64,000 nt of DNA from Solirubrobacteraceae bacterium (lineage in GTDB: Bacteria > Actinomycetota > Thermoleophilia > Solirubrobacterales > Solirubrobacteraceae), in NCBI GenBank assembly GCA_035507895.1, contig DATJNQ010000008.1:54619-118618 (forward strand). Direction: 5' to 3'. The number at the start of each line of letters is the position of its first letter. Positions within the stretch are counted from its first letter, which is position 1. Both the position numbers and the translations under genes were made by a program. The notes under the pieces are model-generated. The model was not told the DNA's origin. It made no database searches and saw only the letters and a list, made by a program, of their open reading frames with translations. Below, in pieces: positions 49,955 to 59,910 of this stretch.

Positions 49955-51763
49955 CTACGCGCCCTTGGCGGCCCCGTTCGCGTTGCGCGCGAGCGCGGCG
50001 AGGACGGCGATGTCGTCGCGGACGTCACCGTCCGGTGCGACGGGTTTCAGCAGCGCGTCGACTACTCCCTGCGCCGACGCGGGCACGCCGCGGCGGAGCT
50101 CCGCGGTCATCTCGGCGACGCCGAGGATCTGCTGTGGCGCACGCGCGTCGGGCAGCCCGTCGGTGTAGAGCGCGAGCGCGTCGCCGGCGGCCAGGCGCGT
50201 CGCGAAGTCTTCGCTGCGGGCGCCCGCGAGGCCGAGCAGTCCGCCCTCGCCGAACTCGTCGACGTCGCCGTTCTGGCGCACGACGAGCGCGGGGGGATGG
50301 CCCGCCGCGGCGAATCGCGCGTCGACGTGGTCGCCGCGCGGCTCGAGGTGGACGAGCACCGCGGTCGCGAACCCGTCGGACAGTTCCTGCTCGATCATCG
50401 TCGCGTTGACGCTCGCGAGCACCGCGCTCGGGCTCGCCGTCTCGCGCGCATACGCGCGCGTGCTCTGGCGCAGAAGCCCGGTGAGCGCCGCCGCCTCCGG
50501 CCCCTTGCCGCAGACGTCGCCGAGCAGCAGCCAGCATTTGCGGTCGTCGCCGAAGGCGTCGTAGAAGTCGCCCCCGATGCGGTTCGCCGGCCCGATCGGG
50601 CGGAAGTAGCTGGCGAGGTCGAGCCACGGCAGCCGCGGCAGTTTCGGCGGCATCAGGCTGCGCTGCAGGACGTTCGCGATGTGGGCGCGCTCGGCATAAA
50701 GGCGCGCGTTGTCGTATGCGAGCGCCGCGCGGGCGGTGAGATCCTCGAGCACGCCGAGCTCGGCGCCCGAGTGGACGGCGTCGACGCCGACGTGCAGGAA
50801 CGACACGGTCCCGTGCGTGCGGTGGCGGGCGCTCATCGGGAAGACCGCAGCGGAGCGGTAGCCGACGTCGCGCATGAAGCGCATGTGCTCGTCGCTCTGC
50901 GCCGTGTCGTCGAGCGTCGCCTCGTCCGCCTCGACGATCTGCGGTTCGCCGGTCGCCAGCGCCCGCGCGACGGGGTGCGGCCCGTGCAGGTCGAGGGGAT
51001 AGTCGTGACGCAGCTGCTCGAGCCGTCGCGCGACGCTGGGGTCCAGCGACACCGCGACGGTCTCGATCCGGCCGGCGTGGTCGACGACGTCGATGACGCA
51101 GAGCTCGGCGAGCTCCGGCACCGCGGAGCGGGCGATTTTGCGCAGCGTCTGCGAGGGGTCCAGCGAGCTGTCGAGTTTTTTGCTCGCGGCGATCATGAAC
51201 TGCAGCCGGCGGCGCTGGCGCCTGCTCCACGCGAGCGTGACGTGCAACGCGAAGGACGCGAAGAGCAGTAGCACCACGCCGACGCCCGCGAAGGGCGCGA
51301 AGTCGAGCGGGACATCTTCGTAGGCGACCGGCGCGAGGAAGGCTGCGAGCGCGACGAACATGACGAGCAGGAAGCGGCGCGTCGGCTGGAAAGCGGCGGC
51401 GTGGCAGACCGCGAAGAAGTAGATCAGCGCGAACGGGCTCTGTGCGCCGCCGGTAGCCGCGCAGAGGACGAGGATGAGGACGATGCCCCATAGGTCGGCG
51501 GCGCACGCCAGGCCGAAGCCGACGTGGCCGCTGCGCGCAGCGACGATCAGCGCCGCGGCGGTGATGCAAGCCGCGATCGCGACGCCGATCACGGCGGCGG
51601 GAGAGCCCACGTGCGGCGCGAGCGCGGCGGTTGCCGTCAGCGCCGCGCCGACGAGATAGAGCCCGGCCGCGATCATGACGGCCGCGTGTGCTTCGTCGCG
51701 GCCGAAGCGCGAAGCCCAGTCGCGACGCCGCAGCGTCAAGTCCCCATTGATCCGTTGTGGCAT
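49955..51763 (-). CDS. Membrane sensor-GAF-SpoIIE (PP2C) phosphatase
   Basis: N-terminal TM helices, GAF domain, GGDFYD, GDVCGKG, YTDGL and DDIAVL motifs. Confidence 0.9.
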   Translation of the reverse strand: MPQRINGDLTLRRRDWASRFGRDEAHAAVMIAAGLYLVGAALTATAALAPHVGSPAAVIGVAIAACITAAALIVAARSGHVGFGLACAADLWGIVLILVLCAATGGAQSPFALIYFFAVCHAAAFQPTRRFLLVMFVALAAFLAPVAYEDVPLDFAPFAGVGVVLLLFASFALHVTLAWSRRQRRRLQFMIAASKKLDSSLDPSQTLRKIARSAVPELAELCVIDVVDHAGRIETVAVSLDPSVARRLEQLRHDYPLDLHGPHPVARALATGEPQIVEADEATLDDTAQSDEHMRFMRDVGYRSAAVFPMSARHRTHGTVSFLHVGVDAVHSGAELGVLEDLTARAALAYDNARLYAERAHIANVLQRSLMPPKLPRLPWLDLASYFRPIGPANRIGGDFYDAFGDDRKCWLLLGDVCGKGPEAAALTGLLRQSTRAYARETASPSAVLASVNATMIEQELSDGFATAVLVHLEPRGDHVDARFAAAGHPPALVVRQNGDVDEFGEGGLLGLAGARSEDFATRLAAGDALALYTDGLPDARAPQQILGVAEMTAELRRGVPASAQGVVDALLKPVAPDGDVRDDIAVLAALARNANGAAKGA

Positions 51764-51885
51764 CGCGCCCCTCGCGCGAGATACGTGGAAAGCCACTGCA
51801 GAGCTTACAGGCCGCCTGCCGCCGCCGCGAACGGTGGGCGCCTTGGTCGCGGCGCCGGCCCCCGGGTCCCGGCCGGCGCGGTGAG

Positions 51886-51959
51886 CGGGAGCGACGGGAC
51901 TTGAACCCGCGACCTCTGCCGTGACAGGGCAGCGCTCTAACCGCCTGAGCTACGCCCCC
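51886..51959 (-). tRNA. tRNA-Asp(GTC)
   Basis: GGGGGCG...CTGCC-CTGTCAC-GGCAG...TTCAAGT...CGCTCCC-G. Confidence 0.95.
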
Positions 51960-52046
51960 GCGTGTCGCGCGAGCTGCTGGCTCGTGCGTGCGCCTAGTAT
52001 GGCAGGGCGGTGAGGCGCAGCCGCCTCGCTAGGCTTCGGCCAACGA

Positions 52047-52120
52047 GGGCGTGTAGCTCAGCTGGCTAGAGCACCTCGCTTACACCGAGGGGGTCGCCCG
52101 TTCGAGTCGGGCCGCGCCCA
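52047..52120 (+). tRNA. tRNA-Val(TAC)
   Basis: GGGCGTG...CCTCG-CTTACAC-CGAGG...TTCGAGT...CGCGCCC-A. Confidence 0.95.
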
Positions 52121-52134
52121 TCTCCCGACGGAAA

Positions 52135-53526
52135 ATGTCCGACCAGACGCCCCTACGCATCGCCGTGATCGGCTCCGGTCCGGCCGGCTTCTACGCCGCC
52201 GGACATCTGCTCGCGGACTCGGACGAACGCTTCGAGGTCGACATGATCGAGCGGTTGCCGACGCCCTGGGGCCTGGTGCGCTCGGGCGTCGCCCCCGACC
52301 ACCCCAACATCAAGTCGGTGACCCGGGTCTACGAGCGCACCGCTGCACACCCCCGTTTCCGCTTCTTCGGCAACGTCACGTTCGGCGCCGACGTCGACCG
52401 CGGGGATCTGCGCGAGCACTACCACGCGATCGTCTACGCGACCGGCTCGCCACACGACCGCCGGCTGGGCATCCCCGGCGAGGACCTGCCGGGCTCGCAT
52501 GCGGCGACGGAGTTCGTCGGCTGGTACAACGGCCACCCCGACCACACCGATCTCGAGGTCGATCTCGGCCGGGCGGAACGCGCCGTGGTGATCGGCAACG
52601 GCAACGTCGCGCTCGATCTCGCGCGCATGCTCGTCCTCGGCGAGGGCGAGCTCGCGCCGACCGACACCGCGAATCACGCTCTGGAGGTGCTCGCGGCGAG
52701 CGCCGTCCGCGAGGTCATCGTCGCCGGCCGCCGCGGCCCCGCCCAGGCGGCCTTCACCAATCCCGAGCTGCGCGAGCTCGCCGATCTCGAGCAGGCAGAT
52801 GTGATCGTCGACGGCGAGGAGCTCGAGAGCGCGCTCGCTGCGAGCGGGCCGCTCGACGACCTCCCGACCATCGCGCGTAAGAACGTCGAGATCCTGCGCG
52901 ACTTCGCCGCACGCGAGCCGGCCGGGCTCCCGCGACGCGTCGTGCTGCGCTTCCTTCTCTCCCCCGTCGAGCTCGTGGCCGGCGAGGACGGCCACCTCGC
53001 GAGCGTCGAGTTCGTGCGCAACGAACTGGTGCCGGGCGCGTCGGGCCTCGCGGCGCAGCCGACCGACGAGCGCGAGCGCGTCGACGCGGACCTGCTGTTC
53101 CGCGCCGTCGGTTACCGCGGTGCACCCTTGCCCGGCGTGCCTTTTGACGAGGACCGCGCCGTGATCGCGAACGCCGGCGGACGCGTCGTGGACGGCGGCG
53201 GCGAGGTCGTGCCCGGCGAGTACGTCGTCGGCTGGATCAAGCGCGGTCCGACGGGGGTGATCGGCACGAACAAGAAGGACGCCCAGGAGACGGTCAACGC
53301 GATGCTCGAGGACCTCGGCGCGGAGCCGCCTCACCGGCCCGCCGACGCGTCGGCGGCGGCGGCGGAGGCGCTGCTGCGTGAACGCCAGCCCGACCTGATC
53401 ACCTATGAGGGCTGGGAGGCGATCGACAGGCAGGAGCGATCCGCCGGTGAGCGGGAGGGCCGGCCGCGCGTGAAGCTCACGCGGGTCGAGGAGATGCTGC
53501 GCGCCGCGGCAGCGGAACGCCCGTAG
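52135..53526 (+). CDS. fprA: Ferredoxin/adrenodoxin-NADP+ reductase (FprA-like)
   Basis: GSGPAGFY, GLVRSGVAPDH, GNGNVALD, GRRGP and GWIKRGPTGVIGTN motifs. Confidence 0.9.
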   Translation: MSDQTPLRIAVIGSGPAGFYAAGHLLADSDERFEVDMIERLPTPWGLVRSGVAPDHPNIKSVTRVYERTAAHPRFRFFGNVTFGADVDRGDLREHYHAIVYATGSPHDRRLGIPGEDLPGSHAATEFVGWYNGHPDHTDLEVDLGRAERAVVIGNGNVALDLARMLVLGEGELAPTDTANHALEVLAASAVREVIVAGRRGPAQAAFTNPELRELADLEQADVIVDGEELESALAASGPLDDLPTIARKNVEILRDFAAREPAGLPRRVVLRFLLSPVELVAGEDGHLASVEFVRNELVPGASGLAAQPTDERERVDADLLFRAVGYRGAPLPGVPFDEDRAVIANAGGRVVDGGGEVVPGEYVVGWIKRGPTGVIGTNKKDAQETVNAMLEDLGAEPPHRPADASAAAAEALLRERQPDLITYEGWEAIDRQERSAGEREGRPRVKLTRVEEMLRAAAAERP

Positions 53527-53576
53527 ACGAGCCGGGCCGCGGGCCGCGCGACGTCTGCCACACTGTCGGCCGCTGG

Positions 53577-53648
53577 GCCCCGTTAGCTCATCTGGTAGAG
53601 CGCCGGACTTTTAATCCGGTGGGGCGGGTTCGAGTCCCGCACGGGGCA
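53577..53648 (+). tRNA. tRNA-Lys(TTT)
   Basis: GCCCCGT...CCGGA-CTTTTAA-TCCGG...TTCGAGT...ACGGGGC-A. Confidence 0.9.
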
Positions 53649-53670
53649 TGCCGCGCCGAACGGCCGTTGT

Positions 53671-54111
53671 TCAGGCGCCCTTCACGCCACCGAGGATCCG
53701 CTGCAACGTCGCGAGATCCTCGTCGGCGAGGTCGTTGAGCGCAGCCGGCGGCGTGCCGAGGATCGCGTCGGCGCGCGCGGCCGCGCGCTGACCCTCGCGT
53801 GTCAGCTCGACGACCTTCGCGCGGCGGTCGCTGGCGTGCGGGACGCGGCGCGCGAGACCGCGCGCTTCGAGGTCGTCGACGACGACGGTCGCGTTGGGTG
53901 CCTCGATCGTCAGCGCGGCGGCGAGCTCCCCCATCGACATCGGTCCTCGTGCGAGCCTGCGGATCGCCCGGATGCGCCCGAAGCTCAGGCCGAGCGCCTC
54001 GGAGGCCTCGCGACGGCGGACGTTGGCGAAGACGACGTCGCAGATCAGGATCCAGACGTCCTGCGCGCTCGCGTGCGCTCCGCCCGCGTTCGCGTCGCGG
54101 CGCGGGCTCAT
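53671..54111 (-). CDS. MarR-family regulator
   Basis: MSMGELAAAL...VVDDLEARGLARR.P...DRRAKVVELT; ATGA overlap with the MFS stop. Confidence 0.9.
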   Translation of the reverse strand: MSPRRDANAGGAHASAQDVWILICDVVFANVRRREASEALGLSFGRIRAIRRLARGPMSMGELAAALTIEAPNATVVVDDLEARGLARRVPHASDRRAKVVELTREGQRAAARADAILGTPPAALNDLADEDLATLQRILGGVKGA

Positions 54112-55598
54112 CCGGCGGCGCTCCCGAGCACCTCGGGGTTCAGCTCGGCGGCGGTGCGCCGCGCCGTCTCTGTCGCGTGGCGCGAGGTCGCGACGAACCC
54201 CAGCACGAGGACGACCGCGCCGCAGCCGGCGAGCAGCCACCAGGCGACGTGGCTCGCGTGCGCGAGGTCGCTGTGCGCCGCACCGCCGAGCGAGGAGGCG
54301 ACGATCGCGCCCGTGATCGCGACGCCGAGCGTCTGGCCGATCTGGCGCGAGGTCGAGGCGACCGCCGACGCGACGCCGGCCTGCGCGCGCGGCATGCCCG
54401 AGACGGCTGCGTTCGTGATCGGCGCGTTGACCAGGCCGAAGCCGAGACCGAAGACCACGTACGCGGCGAACAGCCAGGTGAAGGGCGTGGTCGCGTCGAT
54501 GCGCGTCAGCGCGAGGCAGGCGACGGTGAGACACGCGCCGGCGGCGACGAGCGGCAGGCGCGGCCCGCGCACCCCGACGATGCGGCCGGAGAACGGCGAC
54601 GCGATCACCGTCACGGCCGCCATCGGCAGCGTCGCGAGTCCGGCGTGAAGCGGTGAGAGGCCGCGCACGTCCTGCAGGTAGAGGGTGTTCATAAACAGGA
54701 ATCCGCCGAGCGCGGCGAACGAGGCGACGGCGGTGACGGTCGCCGTCGAGAAGGGAATCGAGCGGAAGAAGCGCAGGTCGATGAGCGGCTCGCGGCGGCG
54801 CGGCTCGTAGACGAGGATGCCGACGAGCGCGGCCGCGGCGGCGGCGAATGCGGCGAGGATCAGCGGCGAGCCGAGACCCCGTTTGGGCAGCTCGATGATG
54901 CCGAACGTGAGCGTCGCGAACAGCACGATGATGAGGACCTGGCCGACGGGATCAAAGCGCCGCGCTTTGGGCGCGCGTGACTCGGGCACGAAACGCAGCG
55001 CGAGCGCGATCGCGGCGAGACCGATCGGGATGTTGATCCAGAACACCGACCGCCAGCCGACGCCGGAGACCAGCAGGCCGCCGACGACGGGCCCGGCGGC
55101 CATCGACACGCCGACGGCGGCGCCCCAGACGCCGACGGCCTGCGCACGCTCGCGGCTGTGGGTGAACGTGTTCGTGATGATCGACATCGCGACCGGGTTG
55201 AGCATCGAACCGCCGAGCGCCTGCACCATGCGGAACACGATCAGCAGCGCGAGGCTCGGCGCGGTGCTGCACAGCAGCGACCCGGCCGAGAAGACGCTGA
55301 GTCCGGTGAGGAAGACGCGGCGGCGGCCGAAGCGGTCGGCGACGGAGCCGGCGAGCATGAGGAAGCTCGCGAGCACGAGCGTGTACGCGTCGATCGTCCA
55401 CTGCAGGCCCGAGACGCTCGCCCCGAATTCGCGGCCGATCGAGGGGAGCGCGACGTTCACGATCGTTACGTCGAGGCCGACGATCAAGAGGCTCATGCAG
55501 CAGATCAGCAGGATCGTCACGCGCCGGCGCCTGCCGAGCTGCTCGATCGGCGTGGCGCCGTGCGAGTGCCCCGCTGTTGCTTGCTGACCAGTCATCAT
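54108..55598 (-). CDS. MFS drug:H+ antiporter (DHA2, 14-TM)
   Basis: LDVTIVNVALPSI, GSVADRFGRRR, RMVQALGG and WRSVFWINIPIG motifs. Confidence 0.93.
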   Translation of the reverse strand: MMTGQQATAGHSHGATPIEQLGRRRRVTILLICCMSLLIVGLDVTIVNVALPSIGREFGASVSGLQWTIDAYTLVLASFLMLAGSVADRFGRRRVFLTGLSVFSAGSLLCSTAPSLALLIVFRMVQALGGSMLNPVAMSIITNTFTHSRERAQAVGVWGAAVGVSMAAGPVVGGLLVSGVGWRSVFWINIPIGLAAIALALRFVPESRAPKARRFDPVGQVLIIVLFATLTFGIIELPKRGLGSPLILAAFAAAAAALVGILVYEPRRREPLIDLRFFRSIPFSTATVTAVASFAALGGFLFMNTLYLQDVRGLSPLHAGLATLPMAAVTVIASPFSGRIVGVRGPRLPLVAAGACLTVACLALTRIDATTPFTWLFAAYVVFGLGFGLVNAPITNAAVSGMPRAQAGVASAVASTSRQIGQTLGVAITGAIVASSLGGAAHSDLAHASHVAWWLLAGCGAVVLVLGFVATSRHATETARRTAAELNPEVLGSAAG

Positions 55599-55690
55599 GA
55601 TGATTTTATAACTAAATTGGCAAGCTGCGATGCACTCCGCGCCGGGCCTGCGCACCGGTCCTCGCCGCGGGCGTGCGACATGATGGGCGC

Positions 55691-56263
55691 GTGCCCGAGG
55701 CGGACATCCAGGTCGTCGTACCGGGCAGCATCGCGGCGCGGGCGCAGCCGACGATCGCCGCCGGCGAGCTGCTGCTCCGCCCTTGGCGGGTGGACGACGT
55801 GGGCGTCATCGTCGAGGCGTTCCGCGACGAGGCGATCAGGCGCTGGCACCTCGCCACGATCGACGAGACCGAGGCCGCGGCGTGGCTCGCGGAGCGGGCG
55901 GGCCGCTGGCAGCGCGAGTGGGGCGCGGACTGGGCCGTCGAGCGCGGCGGGGTCGTCGTCGCGCGCGTCGGCCTGCGGCGCCTCGACCTCGCGCTCGGCG
56001 CCGGCGAAGCCGCCTACTGGACGCTCCCCGCCGCCCGCGGGAGCGGCGTCGCGCCGCGCGCGCTGCGGGCGATGAGCGACTGGCTCTTCACCGAGGCGGG
56101 TATGCACCGCGTCGAGCTCGAGCACTCGACGGCCAACGCGGCGTCGTGTCGCGTCGCGCTCAAGGCCGGCTTCTGCGCCGAGGGGACGCGGCGGCGGAGC
56201 CTGCTGCACGCCGACGGCTGGCATGACATGCACCTGCATGCGCGCCTGGCGACCGACGCCTGA
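55691..56263 (+). CDS. GNAT/RimJ-type N-acetyltransferase
   Basis: LLRPW, EAAYW...ARGSGVA, NAASCRVALKAGF..EG and WHDMHLH motifs. Confidence 0.88.
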   Translation: MPEADIQVVVPGSIAARAQPTIAAGELLLRPWRVDDVGVIVEAFRDEAIRRWHLATIDETEAAAWLAERAGRWQREWGADWAVERGGVVVARVGLRRLDLALGAGEAAYWTLPAARGSGVAPRALRAMSDWLFTEAGMHRVELEHSTANAASCRVALKAGFCAEGTRRRSLLHADGWHDMHLHARLATDA

Positions 56264-56272
56264 GGCGCCCCG

Positions 56273-57049
56273 CTACCAGCAGGGTTCGTAGCGCCGGCCG
56301 TTCAGTTCCAGGTTGAAGCGCGCACCCATGATGCCCGCGGCGTCGTCGGCGGCGCAGAAGCGCGACGTCGGCAGCGAGTACTCGGCGTTCAGGACGGGCT
56401 TGCCGTGGCGCAGGTAGTCGTCGAAGAGGTCGCATTCGCGGTACTGGTTGCACTGCTCGGTGAGCGCCCCGTCGAAGTACGGCTCGAGCTTCGCGGTCTG
56501 TTCGCCGTCGTTCTTCTGCAGCACGTCCATGTGCAGCGAATGGACGGTCCGCGCGATCCACTCGTTGTACGTGAGCTGCTCGGCGGCGGTGATCGGGAAG
56601 CCGCTCTTGTTCGCGTACGCTTCGATGTTGTCGGGCTCCACCGCTTCGAAGCCCTTGCTCGCGCACATGCGAAAGCGCGCGCGCATGATCGGGTAGACGA
56701 CGCGGGCGCGGCGGATGTCGATCCAGCGCTCGCCCGGCCAGCCGTCGCCGCGCCCGAGCACCGACTTCGGGAACTCCTTGTAATCCGGGCGCCAGTTCTC
56801 CGCCGTGCCCGCATCGATGTAGCAGACGACGTGAACGCCGCGGCGGTGCAGCGCTGCGACCTGCGCGGCGCTCGTTTCGAAGCCGTCGACGTCGTACATT
56901 TCGGCTTGGACGTCGCTACTGAGGCGCCCCTGCAGCTGCCAGTACCACGTCGGGTGAGCCGGCATGAGCCAGCGTCCCTGCGCAGCCGCCGGCGCCAGCG
57001 CGAGCAGCGCGAGAGCAAGAAGAGCCGCAGCGAGCCGCAGATGCCACAT
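56273..57049 (-). CDS. Secreted endo-alpha-1,4-polygalactosaminidase (GH114)
   Basis: WYWQLQG, YDVDGF, VCYIDAGTAENWRPD, WPGERWIDIR, VEPDN, QKND, EQC and AEY motifs. Confidence 0.88.
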   Translation of the reverse strand: MWHLRLAAALLALALLALAPAAAQGRWLMPAHPTWYWQLQGRLSSDVQAEMYDVDGFETSAAQVAALHRRGVHVVCYIDAGTAENWRPDYKEFPKSVLGRGDGWPGERWIDIRRARVVYPIMRARFRMCASKGFEAVEPDNIEAYANKSGFPITAAEQLTYNEWIARTVHSLHMDVLQKNDGEQTAKLEPYFDGALTEQCNQYRECDLFDDYLRHGKPVLNAEYSLPTSRFCAADDAAGIMGARFNLELNGRRYEPCW

Positions 57050-57061
57050 GGCCTGAAAACC

Positions 57062-57850
57062 ATGTTAGATGCGCCCGTGCAGGCGAACGGCAGAGCGCAG
57101 GGCGCCGCGACTACAACCACCGTCGCCTGGTTCGGGCACGCAACCGTCCTGATCGAGATCGACGGGGTGCGGCTGCTCACCGACCCCGTTCTCGGCCGCC
57201 GCGTCGGCCCCCTGGTCCGCGTCGCACCGGCCGCGCCGGCGCACGGCCACCTCGACGCGGTGCTCCTGTCGCACCTGCACGCAGACCACGCGGACCTTGC
57301 GTCGCTGCGGCGCGTCGCGCGCGGCACGCCGATCCTCGCTCCGCGTGGCGCCGCCCCGTGGCTCGAGCGCCGCGCGCTCGGACCCGTCAACGAGCTGGAC
57401 GTGGGCGCGAGCGTGAGCTTCGGCGAGGTGCGCGTCGAGGCGACCGACGCGCGCCACGACGGGCAGCGCTGGCGCTACGGCCACCGCGCGGGCTGCGTCG
57501 GCTTTCTGGTGCGCGGATCGACGACCGTCTACTTCGCGGGCGACACGGACCTCTTCCCGGCGATGGCCGAGCTCGCCGGGCACGTCGACGTCGCCCTGCT
57601 GCCCGTCGCCGGCTGGGGGCCGAGCGTCGGCCACGGCCACCTCGACGCCGAGCGTGCCGCCCGGGCGGCATCGATCATCCGCCCGCGCGTCGCGATCCCG
57701 ATCCACTGGGGGACGCTGGCGCTGCCCGCGCCGCTGCGCCGCAGAGCGCCGGACGCCGGCGCCGAGTTCGCCGCGCATGCGGCGCGCCTCGCGCCGGGCG
57801 TCGAGGTTCGCGTCCTTCACGCCGGCGAGCGCACGGAGCTCGCGCCATGA
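57062..57850 (+). CDS. MBL-fold metallo-hydrolase (UlaG/NAPE-PLD-like)
   Basis: WFGHATVLI, LTDP, SHLHADH, YFAGDT and IPIHWGT motifs. Confidence 0.88.
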   Translation: MLDAPVQANGRAQGAATTTTVAWFGHATVLIEIDGVRLLTDPVLGRRVGPLVRVAPAAPAHGHLDAVLLSHLHADHADLASLRRVARGTPILAPRGAAPWLERRALGPVNELDVGASVSFGEVRVEATDARHDGQRWRYGHRAGCVGFLVRGSTTVYFAGDTDLFPAMAELAGHVDVALLPVAGWGPSVGHGHLDAERAARAASIIRPRVAIPIHWGTLALPAPLRRRAPDAGAEFAAHAARLAPGVEVRVLHAGERTELAP

Positions 57851-59910
57851 GCGGACGCCTGCGCGGCCACGCGTGGATGCGCACCGTGATCATCTGGCTC
57901 GTCTCAGCGGCGACGCTGTTGCTGCTGAGCCTCCTTCCGGGCACGCTGCACGTCGAAAGCTTCGGCGCGGCGCTACTCGCCGCGGCCCTCATCGGCCTGA
58001 TCAACGCGCTCCTCTGGCCGCTCGTCCTCGTCGCGGCGCTGCCCCTCACGGTGCTCACGCTCGGCTTCGGTGTCGTCCTGGTCAACGGCGCCGTCGTGCT
58101 GCTCGTCGCCGCGATCACGCCGGGCGTGGAAATCGAAACGCTCGCCGGCGGCGTGGCCGTCGCGCTCGTGATGGCGGTCGCGACGACGCTCGTCACCTCG
58201 CTGCTCGCGATCGACGACGAGAGCTTCTGGTACCGCAACGTCGTCCAGCGCTACGCGCGCCGCACCGCGCCCGCGGCCGACACGACGACCCCGGGACTCT
58301 TCTTTCTGGAGATCGACGGTCTCGCGCACGACGTGCTCGAGCGCGCGATGCGCGACGGCAACGCGCCCTTCCTCGCGAGCCTGGTCCGCGACGGCACTCA
58401 CACGCTCACGCCGTGGGAGACGGACTGGTCTTCGCAGACGGGAGCCTGCCAGGCGGGGCTGCTGCACGGCGACAACCACAACATGCCGGCTTTCCGCTGG
58501 TGGGAGAAGGAGCGCGGCGCCGCGATCGTGACGAACCACCCGCACGACGCCGAAGAGATCGAGCGCCGTCACTCGAACGGGCGGGGGCTGCTGTTCGCCG
58601 ACGGCGCGAGCCGCGCCAACATCGTCTCGGGCGACGCGCCGTACAGCCTGCTGACGATGTCCACTGCCCTCAACCGCTCGCGCCACGGGCGGATCGGGCG
58701 CGACTACTTCGCCTACTTCGCGAGCCCCTACAACGTGATGCGAACGATCGCGCTCGTCGTGCGCGAGTACTTCTCCGAGCGCCGCAGCGCGCGCCGCGCC
58801 CGCCGGCGCGACGTGCACCCCCGCATCGAACGCTCGCGCGTGTACGCGCTCGTCCGCGCCTGGGCGACCGTGATCCAGCGCGACCTGCAGGTCAGCGCGC
58901 TGCTCGGCGACCTCTACGCCGGCCGGCCGGTCGCGTACACGACGTTCCTCGGCTACGACGAGGTGGCGCACCACTCCGGTCTCGAGCGCCCGGAGACGCT
59001 CGCGGTGCTGCACGACGTCGACCATCACATCGAACGGCTCGTACGCGCCGCGCACAACGCGCCGCGCCCCTACCGCTTCGTGATCCTCTCCGACCACGGC
59101 CAGTCGCAGGGCGCGACGTTCCGCGACCGCTACGGCGAGACGCTCGAGGAGCTCGTCGACCGCTGCTGCGCAAGCGCCACGGTCGAAGGCCAGCACGGCG
59201 ACCCGAGCGAGGCGCTCGCGTACCTCGGAGCCTCGATCGGCGAGGTCGCCGCCGGCGACTCGCGCACGGCGCGGGCCGTGCGCGCGGCGGCGCGCCCGCG
59301 TAGCGAGGAGGGCGAAGTCCAGGTCGGCGTCGACATGCCGGCGCGGGGCGATAAGGCGCCCGAGGTCGCGGTCCTCGCGTCGGGCTGCCTCGGGCTTATC
59401 TCGTTTCCGCGCATCCCGGGGCGCCTCACGCGCGAGCGGATCGACGCGCTTCACCCTGGGCTGATCGAGGGCCTCGCCTCACACGAGGGCATCGGCTTCG
59501 TGCTCGTGCGCTGCGCCGGCCGCGGCGGCGTCGCGTTCGGGGCGAAGGGGACGCACGAGCTCGCGACGGGCGCCGTCGAGGGCGAGGACCCACTCGCCCC
59601 GTTCGGCGCGCACGCGGCGCGCCACGTCGCGCGCACCGACTCGTTCGACAACTGCCCGGACATCGTCGTCAACTCGGCGTACTGGGTCGACGCCGACGAG
59701 GTCGCGGCGTTCGAGGAGCTCGTCGGCTCGCACGGCGGCCTCGGCGGCACCCAGTCACGCCCGTTCCTGCTGCACCCGCGCGAGCTCGGCCTCCCCGACG
59801 AGGAGCTCGTCGGCGCCGAACACGTGCACGCCCAGCTGCGCCGCTGGCTCGCCGAACTCGGCCACAGCGAGTACGCGGCTAGTGACGGAAGTGACGGATC
59901 CCCGTCATGA
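57847..59910 (+). CDS. DUF360 (holin-superfamily) membrane domain fused to an alkaline-phosphatase-superfamily domain
   Basis: N-terminal 4-[10 protein letters not shown]...LTVLTLG; [27 protein letters not shown] and GSHGG motifs; ATGA-coupled to the MBL gene. Confidence 0.82.
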   Translation: MSGRLRGHAWMRTVIIWLVSAATLLLLSLLPGTLHVESFGAALLAAALIGLINALLWPLVLVAALPLTVLTLGFGVVLVNGAVVLLVAAITPGVEIETLAGGVAVALVMAVATTLVTSLLAIDDESFWYRNVVQRYARRTAPAADTTTPGLFFLEIDGLAHDVLERAMRDGNAPFLASLVRDGTHTLTPWETDWSSQTGACQAGLLHGDNHNMPAFRWWEKERGAAIVTNHPHDAEEIERRHSNGRGLLFADGASRANIVSGDAPYSLLTMSTALNRSRHGRIGRDYFAYFASPYNVMRTIALVVREYFSERRSARRARRRDVHPRIERSRVYALVRAWATVIQRDLQVSALLGDLYAGRPVAYTTFLGYDEVAHHSGLERPETLAVLHDVDHHIERLVRAAHNAPRPYRFVILSDHGQSQGATFRDRYGETLEELVDRCCASATVEGQHGDPSEALAYLGASIGEVAAGDSRTARAVRAAARPRSEEGEVQVGVDMPARGDKAPEVAVLASGCLGLISFPRIPGRLTRERIDALHPGLIEGLASHEGIGFVLVRCAGRGGVAFGAKGTHELATGAVEGEDPLAPFGAHAARHVARTDSFDNCPDIVVNSAYWVDADEVAAFEELVGSHGGLGGTQSRPFLLHPRELGLPDEELVGAEHVHAQLRRWLAELGHSEYAASDGSDGSPS

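Noticed and set aside
57847-58250. Holin-like domain as a prophage marker
   Set aside because: DUF360 is common in non-phage contexts, and no phage genes are nearby.
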